Source: Promethearchaeota archaeon (lineage in GTDB: Archaea > Asgardarchaeota > Lokiarchaeia > Sigyniarchaeales > SOKP01). From it: DNA of 64,000 nt. A program made the translations under genes and the position numbers. The stretch is taken from positions 160,001-224,000 of the forward strand of contig JAUVNS010000007.1 in NCBI GenBank assembly GCA_030599585.1, written 5' to 3'. Position 1 is the stretch's first letter. The number at the start of each line of letters is the position of its first letter. The notes beneath the pieces were generated by a model, which ran no database searches, had not been told where the DNA came from, and was given only the letters and a program-made list of their open reading frames with translations. Below are positions 28,727 to 39,702 of this stretch, piece by piece.

Positions 28727-30106
28727 TTACCCGAATAGTTCTAGGAAAATTACCGTAACTAGCAATAGGATTCCAAGAATTACATAATAAAATCTTGACC
28801 TACCGGATATGCCATCACCAATTTTAACAATTTTAGTTTTTTGTTGACTATTTGGGACTTTTTCATTAAAAGTATTCTGCAAATTAACTACACCTACAGC
28901 AAACTCTTTAGGATAATTAGTTAAACGACCAATTTCGCACCTCATGATTATGCCATGGATGTGTTTTTTCTTCCGTAGAAAATTAACTCCCGAAGTAAAA
29001 TTACCACCAGAGAAGGCTACTAATTTCTTTATTACGAGGTTATTACCATCGAGTCCTTTTAAGGGTCTTCCATCTGGTTTCATCAATTTATCCTTTACTA
29101 CCATTACTGGCTGACGCACGTGAGGATGATGACCGAATATTAGACCCCATTTTTTATCCCCAGCAGTTAAGAGCTCTCTTCCCTTATCTTGAATGCTTGT
29201 CCTCACATATCGCTCGTTTTCGTATCCCCAATGAGGATAGAGAATATTAAATTTGCTTTTACTATAATTACGCTCTGGCTCAGAATCAATAAATCTAGAG
29301 ATGCATTTCCAATTTTTTTGGTTACTCCATTTTGTCCCAGTAGATATACAATAATCGCTATCAAAAAAAACCTTGGGTACGTCAAAACGACCGAAATTAT
29401 TGAATTTTTTCTGATTCTGTGGGTCATTAGGCTCTTGTATTATTTTAATTGAATCATTAAATTTACTATTGCCAAAATCTATGCTGTGGTTATTGCTTAC
29501 ACACATAAGCCATTTGGATTTATTTTGTAATAAGCTCGCTAATGGAGTTAGAATTTCTTCTGGGTGTGCTTGCTGAGTTAAGTGTGGTTTTTTATCAATT
29601 ACAATTCCTTCGAGATTACCAACAATGAAATCAACATCTCTGAAAAATTTTTTAATAAGACTATCAAATGTAAGTTTATATTTCCTCATCATCATCATAT
29701 CTCCCACAAATCCTATTGAAAGAGAAGGTTTTATTATTGGATTTAAAGTGAATATTCCGGGTTTCAAAACTTTACTTTCAGGAATGGCAAATCTATTTGC
29801 TCTTCTCTTTTCCCAATAAAAAATAATAATTAATAAATTTCCGACATACATTAAACCAAAACTTATTAGTTGAGTTATTAAATTTACATATAACTCGAAT
29901 AAAACAACAAAAATGATAATGGCAGCGATCCCTCCTGGTAATACCAACATCCTAAAGATATAATATAAAGTTTCTTTTGCATCGTAAGGACTTATACAAA
30001 GCCAATCAATTTTATCTGAGGGCTCGCAAGGAGGAACTAGATCAGAATTATTTCTATAATATGTATCTAAATCATTCGTACCTTCCTTATCATGAGTAAT
30101 TTTCAT
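28727..30106 (-). CDS. CapA/PGA_cap-family metallophosphoesterase (tandem paralogue)
   Basis: GFVGDMM, GNLEG, SNNHSIDFG, PHWGYE, GHHPHV, FSGGNF. Start at ATG 30106 aligns with the paralogue's N-terminus (ORF track extends to 30250). Confidence 0.75.
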   Translation of the reverse strand: MKITHDKEGTNDLDTYYRNNSDLVPPCEPSDKIDWLCISPYDAKETLYYIFRMLVLPGGIAAIIIFVVLFELYVNLITQLISFGLMYVGNLLIIIFYWEKRRANRFAIPESKVLKPGIFTLNPIIKPSLSIGFVGDMMMMRKYKLTFDSLIKKFFRDVDFIVGNLEGIVIDKKPHLTQQAHPEEILTPLASLLQNKSKWLMCVSNNHSIDFGNSKFNDSIKIIQEPNDPQNQKKFNNFGRFDVPKVFFDSDYCISTGTKWSNQKNWKCISRFIDSEPERNYSKSKFNILYPHWGYENERYVRTSIQDKGRELLTAGDKKWGLIFGHHPHVRQPVMVVKDKLMKPDGRPLKGLDGNNLVIKKLVAFSGGNFTSGVNFLRKKKHIHGIIMRCEIGRLTNYPKEFAVGVVNLQNTFNEKVPNSQQKTKIVKIGDGISGRSRFYYVILGILLLVTVIFLELFG

Positions 30107-30316
30107 TATTTTCTTCCTGATATTGTGATTATTGATGAATATTCGATAATTATGTATACTGCCAGCTTGTTTTATATATCTTACTTTTTTGTATATGATT
30201 TTAAATCTAACATTCAATCTATTTCTATTGGAAAATAGGCATGATATCAAAAATTATAAAAAATCTTAACCTATTTTTAAAGTATACAGTTCTAATTTTT
30301 TAGGTATGAAGCTCTC

Positions 30317-30784
30317 ATGAATGTTACTGTGATATATGAGGAAACACTTCAAATTTCTCTTAGTCAAGCTTTCAAACTCTCAATGCAGTGGTTAAGCAGC
30401 CAACATAAAGCAAAAATTAAAAAATCTACACCTCCTACTTTCATCGAAGCTAAACAGGGGACTATGATGACGAATACTGGTCACGATCCAAATTGGAAAA
30501 AACGTATTCGGATTAATCTATACGATTTAAATAATGGTAAAACACTGATACGAGTAGAAGCAAGTCCTCTCTCACGAAATATCTTGAGGGTTGAAAAACT
30601 AAAAAAGTCTTGGTTTGACGGTCTTTTTTCCCATCTGTTTACATTGCTTAGAACAATAGAAGAAACTACACCTCTAGAGGTTCTTTCAACAAATAAAGAC
30701 GCTAAATTATTATGTTATAATTGTGGAAATAAGATTGATAAAGAAACCAAAATTTGTCCGAATTGTGGAATTGATGTAGCTTAA
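30317..30784 (+). CDS. Zinc-ribbon domain protein
   Basis: C-terminal CYNCG..CPNCG. Confidence 0.75.
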   Translation: MNVTVIYEETLQISLSQAFKLSMQWLSSQHKAKIKKSTPPTFIEAKQGTMMTNTGHDPNWKKRIRINLYDLNNGKTLIRVEASPLSRNILRVEKLKKSWFDGLFSHLFTLLRTIEETTPLEVLSTNKDAKLLCYNCGNKIDKETKICPNCGIDVA

Positions 30785-31009
30785 AGAGAATATAACTGCT
30801 TGTTGTTAACAAACTTTTCTTATTCAAATCGCTATTTAGAAATAACTGATCCCTCAATGATGAATGGAGATTTAATCTAATATATTTATAAACTATAAAA
30901 AAAGTCTTTTTAATTATGAAATTCCGTCCTAAATATAACCTCATTATAAAATTATTTAGTGTACTTTAAAATAGAAATCTAGACCAATTAATTTCAGCTG
31001 TGAAAATTA

Positions 31010-32749
31010 ATGGAAAATAAAAATCATATTGATAACATCTCAATTGTCCTCTGTGGTGCAGCGGGTCAAGGGATTCAGACGGTAGAGGCTTTACTTACAA
31101 AAACATTGAAAAAATCAGGATTTTACGTGTTTGCAACAAGGGAATATATGAGTCGCGTCAGAGGTGGCGTTAATTCCACAACTATTCGTGTTGCATCTAA
31201 ACCTGTGCGAGCTTTTATTGATCGAATTGATATCTTAATTCCGCTAAACGAAGAAGCAGTCCCTCATCTCAAAGAGAGAATATCCTCTCACACACTAATT
31301 ATAGGCGAGAAACGATATATTGATGTCATACCGGACCTTAATAGCGAAAAGGTTGAAATCCCTTTTGAAGAATTATCAAACAATATTGGTGGAAGAATTT
31401 ACGCTAATATTATTGCTCTTGGAGTTATAATATGTATGCTTAAAGCAAACATTAACATTTTACATACCTTAATTACTAAAAACTTTAAGATAAAAGGAGA
31501 ACCCGTTATTGAGAATAATATTAAAGCTGCAAACAAAGGATATGAAACAGCGGAAGTGTTGATAAATAATCGCACACTTAAGGGAGAATTTGAAATCGAA
31601 AGGGTTCCTGAAGTAGTGAATGATTACATTATAGATGGAAAACAAGCTATTGGTTTAGGTGCGATTGCTGGCGGTTGTAATTTCGCTTGTTTTTACCCCA
31701 TGGCGCCATCTACTGGTATAGCGACATTTCTTGCGCAACACGCGCTTGAGTTCGATATGATTGTGGATCAGTCGGAAGACGAACTAAGCGTGATTAATAA
31801 AGCGTTAGGGGCGTCTTATGCTGGTGCTCGAGCGTTTGTATCAACTGCTGGAGGGGGTTTCTCTTTAATGTCTGAAGGAGTCAGTTTAGCCGGTATGACG
31901 GAGTTACCGATTGTTATTGTAGTAGGAATGCGTCCTGGACCTGCGACCGGAATGCCAACAAGAACTTGCCAAGAAGATGTTGAACTTGTTTTGTATGCCG
32001 GGGCGGGCTTTTTTCCAAAAGTGATTTTTGCTCCAGGTTCTATTGAAGATGCCTTTCTGCTTACACAAAGAGCGTTCAATATAACTCAAAAATATCATGT
32101 TCCTGTATTTATTTTACCAGATCAATATTTAGTAGATTCCTACTATAATATTAACTCGCTAAATATAGGTGCTCTTGAAATTCATAAGAACCTAGTTAAA
32201 ACGGATGCAAGCTACGAAAGGTATAAGTTCACAGATAGTGGAATTTCTCCTCGAGGTGTTCCGGGATATGGTGATGGACTCGTTGATGCTGATTCTCATA
32301 CTCATACTGAAAGCGGCGAAATCACCGAAGATCCAATTCTCCGAAAAAAATCAGTCCAGAAACGGTTTAAGAAATTAGGACTTCTGAGAAAAGAAGCAAT
32401 ACCCCCTGAATTCATAGGTAATGAAGACTATAAATACTTAGTTGTTAGTTGGGGTAGTAATTACTATTTAATCAAAGAAGCGTTAGAAAAACTTGATAGA
32501 GACGATGTAGGATTCTTGTTCTTCAAACAGATATATCCCGTTCATAAAATTGTTTTTGATTACCTTACTAGGGCGGAAGTAAAGATAGCTATCGAACAAA
32601 ATCCAACTGGTCAATTTGCCAAACTGTTAGAAAATGAAACACACATCAACATGAATCACAGGATTTTAAAACATAGTGGATACACATTTTCAGTCGAGGA
32701 AATACATGAAAGATTAAAAAAAGTAATAGAGGGTGATGAAAATATCTAG
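31010..32749 (+). CDS. korA: 2-oxoacid:ferredoxin oxidoreductase alpha (gamma-alpha fused) subunit
   Basis: GAAGQGIQT, EYMSRVRGG, YPMAP, QSEDE, GGGFSLM.E, RPGPATGMPT. Confidence 0.9.
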   Translation: MENKNHIDNISIVLCGAAGQGIQTVEALLTKTLKKSGFYVFATREYMSRVRGGVNSTTIRVASKPVRAFIDRIDILIPLNEEAVPHLKERISSHTLIIGEKRYIDVIPDLNSEKVEIPFEELSNNIGGRIYANIIALGVIICMLKANINILHTLITKNFKIKGEPVIENNIKAANKGYETAEVLINNRTLKGEFEIERVPEVVNDYIIDGKQAIGLGAIAGGCNFACFYPMAPSTGIATFLAQHALEFDMIVDQSEDELSVINKALGASYAGARAFVSTAGGGFSLMSEGVSLAGMTELPIVIVVGMRPGPATGMPTRTCQEDVELVLYAGAGFFPKVIFAPGSIEDAFLLTQRAFNITQKYHVPVFILPDQYLVDSYYNINSLNIGALEIHKNLVKTDASYERYKFTDSGISPRGVPGYGDGLVDADSHTHTESGEITEDPILRKKSVQKRFKKLGLLRKEAIPPEFIGNEDYKYLVVSWGSNYYLIKEALEKLDRDDVGFLFFKQIYPVHKIVFDYLTRAEVKIAIEQNPTGQFAKLLENETHINMNHRILKHSGYTFSVEEIHERLKKVIEGDENI

Positions 32750-33602
32750 TGAAGAATTTGATTTAGATGAGGTTGAGATATCCTGGTGTCCTGGATGCGG
32801 TAATTATAGCGCTTTAAAAGTAATGAAAGAAGCTTTAACTGATTTAGGGATTAAACCGCATGAATTTGTGTTAGTTTCTGGCATAGGACAAGCTGGAAAG
32901 TTTCCACATTTTATAAAGGCTCAAAGTTTTAACGGTTTACATGGTCGGTATCTATCTGCAGCGTTGGGAATAAAAGCGTCTAATCCCGAGCTCACTGTAA
33001 TTGCGGTAAGTGGCGATGGGTGCACCTTAAGTGAGGGCGGTAATCATTTTTTGCATACGATCAGATACAATCCTGATATTGTAAATGTATTGCACAATAA
33101 TCAAGTTTATGGTTTGACGAAAGGCCAAGCATCACCGACGAGTCAATTAGGATTTAAAACAAAAATTCAAGTATTTGGAGTTATAAACGAGCCCTTTAAC
33201 GCACTGGCAGTTGCAATTTCTCTTAACGCATCCTTCGTAGCAAGAGCTTTTGTTGGTGACTTAGATAAAACAAAAGAATTACTAAAAAAAGCAATTAATC
33301 ATAAAGGATATGCCCTAATCGATTTATTATGCCCTTGTGTTACTTTTAATCGGGTAAATACGTATCAATGGTATAAAGAACATAGTTACTACATTGATGA
33401 TGCTCATGATCCTTTTGACCAAATGAAAGCCATGAAAGTAGCGTTAGATACTAGTCGTTTAGCATTAGGAATTTTATACAAGAATCCAAATAGGCGACCT
33501 TACAGCGAAAATGTTCGTATTTATAACGAAGATAAACGACCTTTACATCAAAGGGACCTAGATAAAGAGAAATTCAGCCAATTACTTGAAAGCCTTAGAT
33601 AA
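32733..33602 (+). CDS. korB: 2-oxoacid:ferredoxin oxidoreductase beta subunit
   Basis: WCPGCG, LHGR, GDG..NN TPP motif, YGLTKGQASPT, CPCVTFN. Confidence 0.9.
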   Translation: MMKISSEEFDLDEVEISWCPGCGNYSALKVMKEALTDLGIKPHEFVLVSGIGQAGKFPHFIKAQSFNGLHGRYLSAALGIKASNPELTVIAVSGDGCTLSEGGNHFLHTIRYNPDIVNVLHNNQVYGLTKGQASPTSQLGFKTKIQVFGVINEPFNALAVAISLNASFVARAFVGDLDKTKELLKKAINHKGYALIDLLCPCVTFNRVNTYQWYKEHSYYIDDAHDPFDQMKAMKVALDTSRLALGILYKNPNRRPYSENVRIYNEDKRPLHQRDLDKEKFSQLLESLR

Positions 33603-33729
33603 GCGTATAAATTTAAGTTTTAAATTCTAATTTTATATTTATTTCATATTTAGATACCAAATTCTAAGCGTATTTTTTTATAGATTATTAGTAAAATCTT
33701 TTTATTCAATATAAGAATATTACATTTTA

Positions 33730-35442
33730 ATGAGAGTCGAAGAATTTGATGTAGTTGTAATAGGCGCCGGTTTAAGTGGCTTGAGAGCGGGTTTAGAGCT
33801 ATCGAAAAAATGGAACACTGCAGTTATTAGCAAAGTCTATCCTGTCCGGAGCCATTCAGGAGCAGCTCAGGGTGGAATAAACGCTGCTTTGGGTAATTTA
33901 GAAGAAAGCAAAAACGACACGCCAAAAGGACATGCGTTTGACACAGTAAAAGGTTCAGATTATCTTGCTGATCAAGATGTAGTTATGTTTATGTGTAAAG
34001 AAGCACCTAAGATTGTAGTTGAGTTCGAAAGCATGGGGGCACCATTTTCGAGATTAGAATCTGGTCTTATTGCTCAGCGTCCCTTTGGTGGAGCTGGTTT
34101 TCCTCGAACTTGTTATGCGGGGGATCGTACAGGACACGCCTTACTCCACACTTTAAATGAACAGAGCGTTCGAAGTGGCGTAGAGTTTTTCAACGAATAT
34201 TTTTTAATAGACTTAATTGTTGTCAACGAAAAAATCACAGGAGTAATTACATTAGATATAACCAAAGGAGAACTCGTAATTTTCCGAGCTTCGTACGTTA
34301 TATTAGCAACAGGAGGATTTGGAAGGATTTTTAAACATTCTACAAATGCCTTAATTAACACGGGAGATGGTGTAGGTGCTGCGTTTCGAGCGGGAGTTCC
34401 CATGCAAGATGTTGAATTCGTACAATTTCACCCAACCACGCTATATGGTACAAACATATTAATAACTGAAGGTGCGCGTGGAGAAGGTGGTTATTTATTC
34501 AACACAAAAGGAGAACGTTTTATGAATAAGACCGCTCCAAAAGCAATGGAACTTGCTCCACGAGATATTGTCGCAAGAGCTAACGATATAGAAGTCCTTG
34601 AGGGGAGAGGTTTTGAAAACGCTTACGTTCATTTGGACCTTACTCATCTAGGCGCTGACCGAATAAAAGAAAGGTTACCGGGAATAAGAGATATCTCTAT
34701 TTTCTTTGCTGGAGTAGATCCCATTGAAGAACCAATACCCGTGCAACCTGGACAACATTACTCAATGGGTGGGATCGGGACAAAATATAAGGGTATATAT
34801 GGAGAAACAGATCTCCCAGGATTATATACAATTGGCGAGTGTTCTTGTCTTTCTGTTCATGGTGCTAATCGTTTAGGGGGAAATTCTTTGTTAGAAACGG
34901 CTGTATTTGGTCGTTATCTTGGAAGAAAGCTATTAGAAATTGGCTTGCCTAAAAAAGTATCCTTAAGCGATGTGAAAAGTGCTGAAGATAAAGCTATTGA
35001 TGATGTTGAAAATCTTTTGAAAAGCTGGGATAACAATAAAGGTAAAAAACCAATAGAGATCAAGGATATGATGGGCGAGACTATGAACAAGAATGTTGGA
35101 GTTTTTAGAACTCACGATGATCTGAAAAAAGCGAACGAAATACTTGTTGGGTTACAAAAAGATTTTTTGGATGTCCAAGTTTCCACCGAAGATCGAAAAT
35201 TTAATTATGGATTACTTCGAAATCTAGAACTCAGATGTCTTTTAGATATTGCAGAGGCTACTGCGTATGCTGCTTTATGGAGGAAAGAAAGCAGAGGTGG
35301 ACACTATCGTTGGGATTACGACTCTCGTGATGACGATAATTTTCTTAACCATTCGATGATATATCGGGTAAAAGATGGCTTAGATTTGAAAACTAAACCT
35401 GTTATAGTAGGAATTTTTGAAGTAAAAGAGAGGAAATACTAA
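33730..35442 (+). CDS. sdhA: Succinate dehydrogenase/fumarate reductase flavoprotein
   Basis: RSHSGAAQGG (covalent FAD His), QFHPT, TEGARGEGG, LAPRD, HYSMGG, HGANRLGGNSL. Confidence 0.93.
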   Translation: MRVEEFDVVVIGAGLSGLRAGLELSKKWNTAVISKVYPVRSHSGAAQGGINAALGNLEESKNDTPKGHAFDTVKGSDYLADQDVVMFMCKEAPKIVVEFESMGAPFSRLESGLIAQRPFGGAGFPRTCYAGDRTGHALLHTLNEQSVRSGVEFFNEYFLIDLIVVNEKITGVITLDITKGELVIFRASYVILATGGFGRIFKHSTNALINTGDGVGAAFRAGVPMQDVEFVQFHPTTLYGTNILITEGARGEGGYLFNTKGERFMNKTAPKAMELAPRDIVARANDIEVLEGRGFENAYVHLDLTHLGADRIKERLPGIRDISIFFAGVDPIEEPIPVQPGQHYSMGGIGTKYKGIYGETDLPGLYTIGECSCLSVHGANRLGGNSLLETAVFGRYLGRKLLEIGLPKKVSLSDVKSAEDKAIDDVENLLKSWDNNKGKKPIEIKDMMGETMNKNVGVFRTHDDLKKANEILVGLQKDFLDVQVSTEDRKFNYGLLRNLELRCLLDIAEATAYAALWRKESRGGHYRWDYDSRDDDNFLNHSMIYRVKDGLDLKTKPVIVGIFEVKERKY

Positions 35443-35459
35443 AAAGAGTGTGATTAAAA

Positions 35460-36218
35460 ATGAGCGAGAAACAAAAATTTTTGGTGTATCGAAATTTAGG
35501 AAATGGATCCGTTCGATACGAAAGATATGAAATACCCCTTTCAAAAGGTATGAGTATATTAGATGCTCTTTTTTACATTCAAGATTACTACGACTCTACC
35601 TTCGCTTTTCGCTATGCGTGTAGAGGGGCAATTTGTGGTAGTTGCGGAATGACCATTGATAAAGTTCCTATGTTGGCTTGTAGAACTCAAGTGACAACCG
35701 TTAAAACTTCTAAAAAACCTATTAATCTACCAGAAGTAGTTTTTGGAGATACATCAGATTGGGATCAAGAAAACGAGATTTTAATCGAACCATTACCAAA
35801 TATGAACGTTATAAAAGATTTAGTAGTAGATATGGAACCATTCTGGAAATTTTATCGCGAGATTGAGCCTTACTTCACTAATGAATGGAACGAGACTGCC
35901 CCGGAATCTTCACAATCCCCAAACGATATGAAAACAATAGAAAGGTTAGTCTATTGTATATTGTGTGGAATATGTTGGATGTGCCCTGTAAACGCAAAAA
36001 ATCCTAAATATCTAGGTCCAGCTCAGTTAGCGAAATCAGATAGATTTATCCGAGATTCTAGAGTTGACAGCGAGAAACAGGATAAAATTCTTTCACGAGT
36101 TTTACAAGATGATGCTGTTCCCGCTTGTGAAAAATTCTTCGTATGTAATCGCGTATGTCCTAAAGGAGTTATGCCTGGTACTGCAATAAAGGACATTCGA
36201 GACAATTGGATGAGTTAA
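35460..36218 (+). CDS. sdhB: Succinate dehydrogenase/fumarate reductase Fe-S subunit
   Basis: CRGAICGSC..LAC, IKDLVVD, CILCGICWMCP, CEKFFVCNRVCP. Confidence 0.9.
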   Translation: MSEKQKFLVYRNLGNGSVRYERYEIPLSKGMSILDALFYIQDYYDSTFAFRYACRGAICGSCGMTIDKVPMLACRTQVTTVKTSKKPINLPEVVFGDTSDWDQENEILIEPLPNMNVIKDLVVDMEPFWKFYREIEPYFTNEWNETAPESSQSPNDMKTIERLVYCILCGICWMCPVNAKNPKYLGPAQLAKSDRFIRDSRVDSEKQDKILSRVLQDDAVPACEKFFVCNRVCPKGVMPGTAIKDIRDNWMS

Positions 36219-36390
36219 AAATAAGCTTCATTTCCATTATTTAATTTTTAAAACTGAAAACATTAATGTGGATGTAATAGAAGATATCTATAAACAATTT
36301 AAAGAGCAAATGTTTATATATTAGACTTTGCCTATAATTATTTATAATCATATCTAAAGCGAAATTTAATTTTATACAGGAAGATTTGTA

Positions 36391-37215
36391 ATGAATAAAA
36401 GTCAGAATTTTATGAATTGGAATAATCCCGGAATAGCATTGATCACAGGGGCTTCTAGTGGGATTGGAGCTTCATATGCTCGATTATTATCAGCCCAAGG
36501 TTTTGAAACAATTCTAGTTGCAAGAAGAAAAGAACGGTTGGAAGACCTAGCTCGAGAACTTGAGCATAACACGTCTAATAAAGCAGCAGTAGTAGTTGCT
36601 GATCTATCTAAATTAGAGGATATTAATTCTGTAACTGAGAAAATTAAGGGGTTAAATAATATCGATGTATTAGTTAATAACGCGGGATTTGGAACTAGAG
36701 GTTATCTTGAAAATCTACCCTTAAATGCTATTAAAGAAATGATGTTTGTACATAATATTGCCCCTGTATTTTTCAGTAGGGCTGTTTTGCCTGGTATGAT
36801 TAAGCAGAATCGTGGAGTTATTATAAATGTATCATCAATGAGAGCTTTCATGGCTAGACCTCAGGATGTTATGTACGGTTCAACTAAGAATTTTTTAAAT
36901 AGGTTTTCAGAAATACTCCAGCTTGAATTACATGATACAAAGGTAAAAATTCAAGCTGTTTGTCCGGGATATACTCGCACAGAAATCTTTAACGGAAAAT
37001 ATCTTAAGGATTTTGATGTTTCTTCAATTCCTGAGGAAATGTGGATGTCTGTAGACGAAGTAGTTGAACTCTCTTTAAACGCGTGTCAAAATAAGGAAGT
37101 CGTGTTTATTCCTGGAGATGCAAACCAAAAATTCATTGAATTGTATACAAATCCTAAATTGGGGAAAAGAACGCGAGAAAACATGACAAAAATGAAGATT
37201 ATTCCAAGAAAATAA
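36391..37215 (+). CDS. Short-chain dehydrogenase/reductase
   Basis: TGASSGIG, NNAG, YGSTK (YxxxK), CPG. Confidence 0.9.
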   Translation: MNKSQNFMNWNNPGIALITGASSGIGASYARLLSAQGFETILVARRKERLEDLARELEHNTSNKAAVVVADLSKLEDINSVTEKIKGLNNIDVLVNNAGFGTRGYLENLPLNAIKEMMFVHNIAPVFFSRAVLPGMIKQNRGVIINVSSMRAFMARPQDVMYGSTKNFLNRFSEILQLELHDTKVKIQAVCPGYTRTEIFNGKYLKDFDVSSIPEEMWMSVDEVVELSLNACQNKEVVFIPGDANQKFIELYTNPKLGKRTRENMTKMKIIPRK

Positions 37216-37265
37216 AGCAAATAATAGAATAAAACAAAATATAACCTTTTTTATTTTAAACCTCA

Positions 37266-39044
37266 TTATTCCACTTTTTTTGTGGAAGCAGCTGTTTTAT
37301 CAGGGTCAACGATTATTTCTACAATGGAAGGTTTGCCCGAGCGAATAGCGTTTTGCAGTGCTTGGTCCAGTTTATCTGGTGTATTAACTCTTATTCCAAA
37401 TCCTCCACATGATTCAGCAAATTGGGCAAAATTTGGGTTGGGGAATTCAACGCCAAATATGGGGTAACCATCACGTACTAATTCCTTTTTAATGTTCTTC
37501 AACACGCTATCGTTAAACACTATAGCAATAATATTTAATTTTTCTCTCACAGCAGTGGTAAAATCAGCCATTAACATACCAAAACCACCATCTCCAGCCA
37601 CACAAACTACTTGTCTATCGGGGAAGTCTAACTTTGCAGCTAAAGCTGCTGGTAAGGCGAAACCCATACTTGCCATATTAGCATTTAGGTAAGGTCTATG
37701 CCCTTCACAAAGGAATTTCTTGTAGAACCAATATGTGTGGTCTCCTACATCTACGGTTATAATCGCATCGTGATCTAAATGTCTCCTTAATGCTTGTATC
37801 ACAAAGCCTGGATTGATGGGAACAGAAAAGTCCTTCGATTCTTTTTCTAATTCTTCCATATGTCGAAGCTTCATGTCAAAGACTTGGAACAAGAAGTCTT
37901 TATTTTCTTCTTTTTCTTCGATTAATGGTACTAATTTTTCCAAAACTCGATGCCCATCTCCAACCAGTCCTACATCTACATCAAAAGTCTTTCCGATCCT
38001 TGTTGGATCCTTGTCAATTTGCACAAACTTTACTCCCGGCGATACCAGATTTGCTTGTCTAAAACCAGAACCAATAATAATAATTAAATCGCAGTCTCTG
38101 ATAGCCTTGGCAGCATATTTTGTTCCTATAGAACCTAATACACCTAAGGAATATTGATACGTTTCATAAACGACCCCTTTAGCCCGAGAAGTAGTGGCAA
38201 TTGGGGCTTTAAGTTTTCTAGATAATTCCATAAGCAATTCTCCAGAAAATCTGGAACCCCATCCTCCGAAAATTACAGGTCTATTACACCTATTAATTAA
38301 ATCCGCAGCTTTTTGAATATCTTGTTCAGCAGAAACTGATTCGCTACCAAAAATCCTCTTATCTGGGTCAATAATGGCATCGTCCAATTTATCAGCTAAT
38401 ACATCTGTAGGACAACTCAATACTGACAATCCCGGTTTTTTTAGAGCATACTTGGCTGCCATCATAGTCAATTTAATCGCTTGATTTGCTCTAGCTACGG
38501 TTTCAGCATATTCAGCGAAAGGACGAAATAAAGAGATTTGAGATATTTCTTGAAATGCCTCACTTCCAAGATATACTTCAGCTATTTGACCGACAAGTGC
38601 TAATACTGGACTTCTATCAGTAGCCGAATCCATCAATCCCGTGATTAAATTTGTTGCGCCAGGACCAGCAATAGACATACACACTCCTAATTTACCCGTT
38701 ATTTTTCCATGAGCCGAGGCCATAAAGGCTGCTGTTTCTTCATGTCGAGTCAAAATAAAATCTATTTTATCGTTTTTCCTTATAGCATTGAGAAGGGGTA
38801 GATTAGAATCACCAGGTATACCATATACATGTGTAACTCCGAACGCTACTAATTGTTCAATAATTTTTTCTGCAACATTAGTATCAATATTATCATCTCC
38901 TTTACTCACACCTTCAGCAACAAAAGCTGATTTAGGAGCACCACAAACGGGACAATTCCATGAGTCAGGTAAATCATCGAACTTTTTATCTTCATTTTTC
39001 TCATCGTAAATGTAATTACACACAGAACATCTATATTTAGCCAT
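37266..39044 (-). CDS. Rubredoxin-fused ThDP enzyme (pyruvate oxidase/acetolactate synthase family)
   Basis: N-terminal [16 protein letters not shown] rubredoxin; [33 protein letters not shown] at 39044 preferred. Confidence 0.87.
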   Translation of the reverse strand: MAKYRCSVCNYIYDEKNEDKKFDDLPDSWNCPVCGAPKSAFVAEGVSKGDDNIDTNVAEKIIEQLVAFGVTHVYGIPGDSNLPLLNAIRKNDKIDFILTRHEETAAFMASAHGKITGKLGVCMSIAGPGATNLITGLMDSATDRSPVLALVGQIAEVYLGSEAFQEISQISLFRPFAEYAETVARANQAIKLTMMAAKYALKKPGLSVLSCPTDVLADKLDDAIIDPDKRIFGSESVSAEQDIQKAADLINRCNRPVIFGGWGSRFSGELLMELSRKLKAPIATTSRAKGVVYETYQYSLGVLGSIGTKYAAKAIRDCDLIIIIGSGFRQANLVSPGVKFVQIDKDPTRIGKTFDVDVGLVGDGHRVLEKLVPLIEEKEENKDFLFQVFDMKLRHMEELEKESKDFSVPINPGFVIQALRRHLDHDAIITVDVGDHTYWFYKKFLCEGHRPYLNANMASMGFALPAALAAKLDFPDRQVVCVAGDGGFGMLMADFTTAVREKLNIIAIVFNDSVLKNIKKELVRDGYPIFGVEFPNPNFAQFAESCGGFGIRVNTPDKLDQALQNAIRSGKPSIVEIIVDPDKTAASTKKVE

Positions 39045-39262
39045 TAAATTCACCTTAGTCAATCATATAAAATTAGATATTATTAAAGTCAGATTTAATA
39101 AGAAATAAATCTAGGGTCTATAATTTTAAAATTCATCCTTTAAATTCTAAATTTTATTCCTTTTAAAAGTTAAATTAGATATGTTTAATTCGAATTAAAC
39201 TTCAATTAAGAAGATTACTTTATTAATTAAATTTATTTAGCTATAGGTGTTAATAATAAATT

Positions 39263-39568
39263 ATGGATAAATTAAGTCATACAGAAGGAACTTTATTTAA
39301 ACTTATTTACCTATTGCTAGTAGGCGTTGGTTTTTTAATAGTTTCTTTTATGTGTTTTCTTTATATTATCCCTGGGTTTTGGACTTGTGGAAGTGCTTGT
39401 GAATACTGGTGGTCTTGGCTTATCGATTTCCCCAGACAAGAGATTTGTATTTTAATGTGTGTTTCAAGAAACTCTTTATATAAACCATTCTTCTTGATCG
39501 GATTGGTAGTCGTTACATTTACTTTCTTAGTGGGATTCTACCGTTTGTATCAAAGAATTAGACGGTGA
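39263..39568 (+). CDS. Small two-TM membrane protein with Cys-rich loop (hypothetical)
   Basis: Two hydrophobic segments flanking CGSAC..EICILMC. Confidence 0.6.
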   Translation: MDKLSHTEGTLFKLIYLLLVGVGFLIVSFMCFLYIIPGFWTCGSACEYWWSWLIDFPRQEICILMCVSRNSLYKPFFLIGLVVVTFTFLVGFYRLYQRIRR

Positions 39569-39702
39569 TGTTAGTAAATATATTTTTCTAAATAATTAAA
39601 AGCTGTGGAATGCTAATATTTTAAATAGATTAGAGTTTTATGCAACAAAAAAATTAGATATGTAATTAAATATACTCATAATCAAAGAGTTGTGCTATAA
39701 AG

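Noticed and set aside
30107-30250. N-terminal 48-aa extension of the second CapA ORF
   Set aside because: No counterpart in the paralogue; looks like AT-rich intergenic sequence.
30803-30812. Palindrome TTGTTAACAA
   Set aside because: A 10-bp AT-rich palindrome is expected by chance, and I saw no second copy upstream of related genes.
30846-30880. CTGA followed by ATGATGA, resembling C/D box sRNA elements
   Set aside because: No properly placed terminal C and D boxes.
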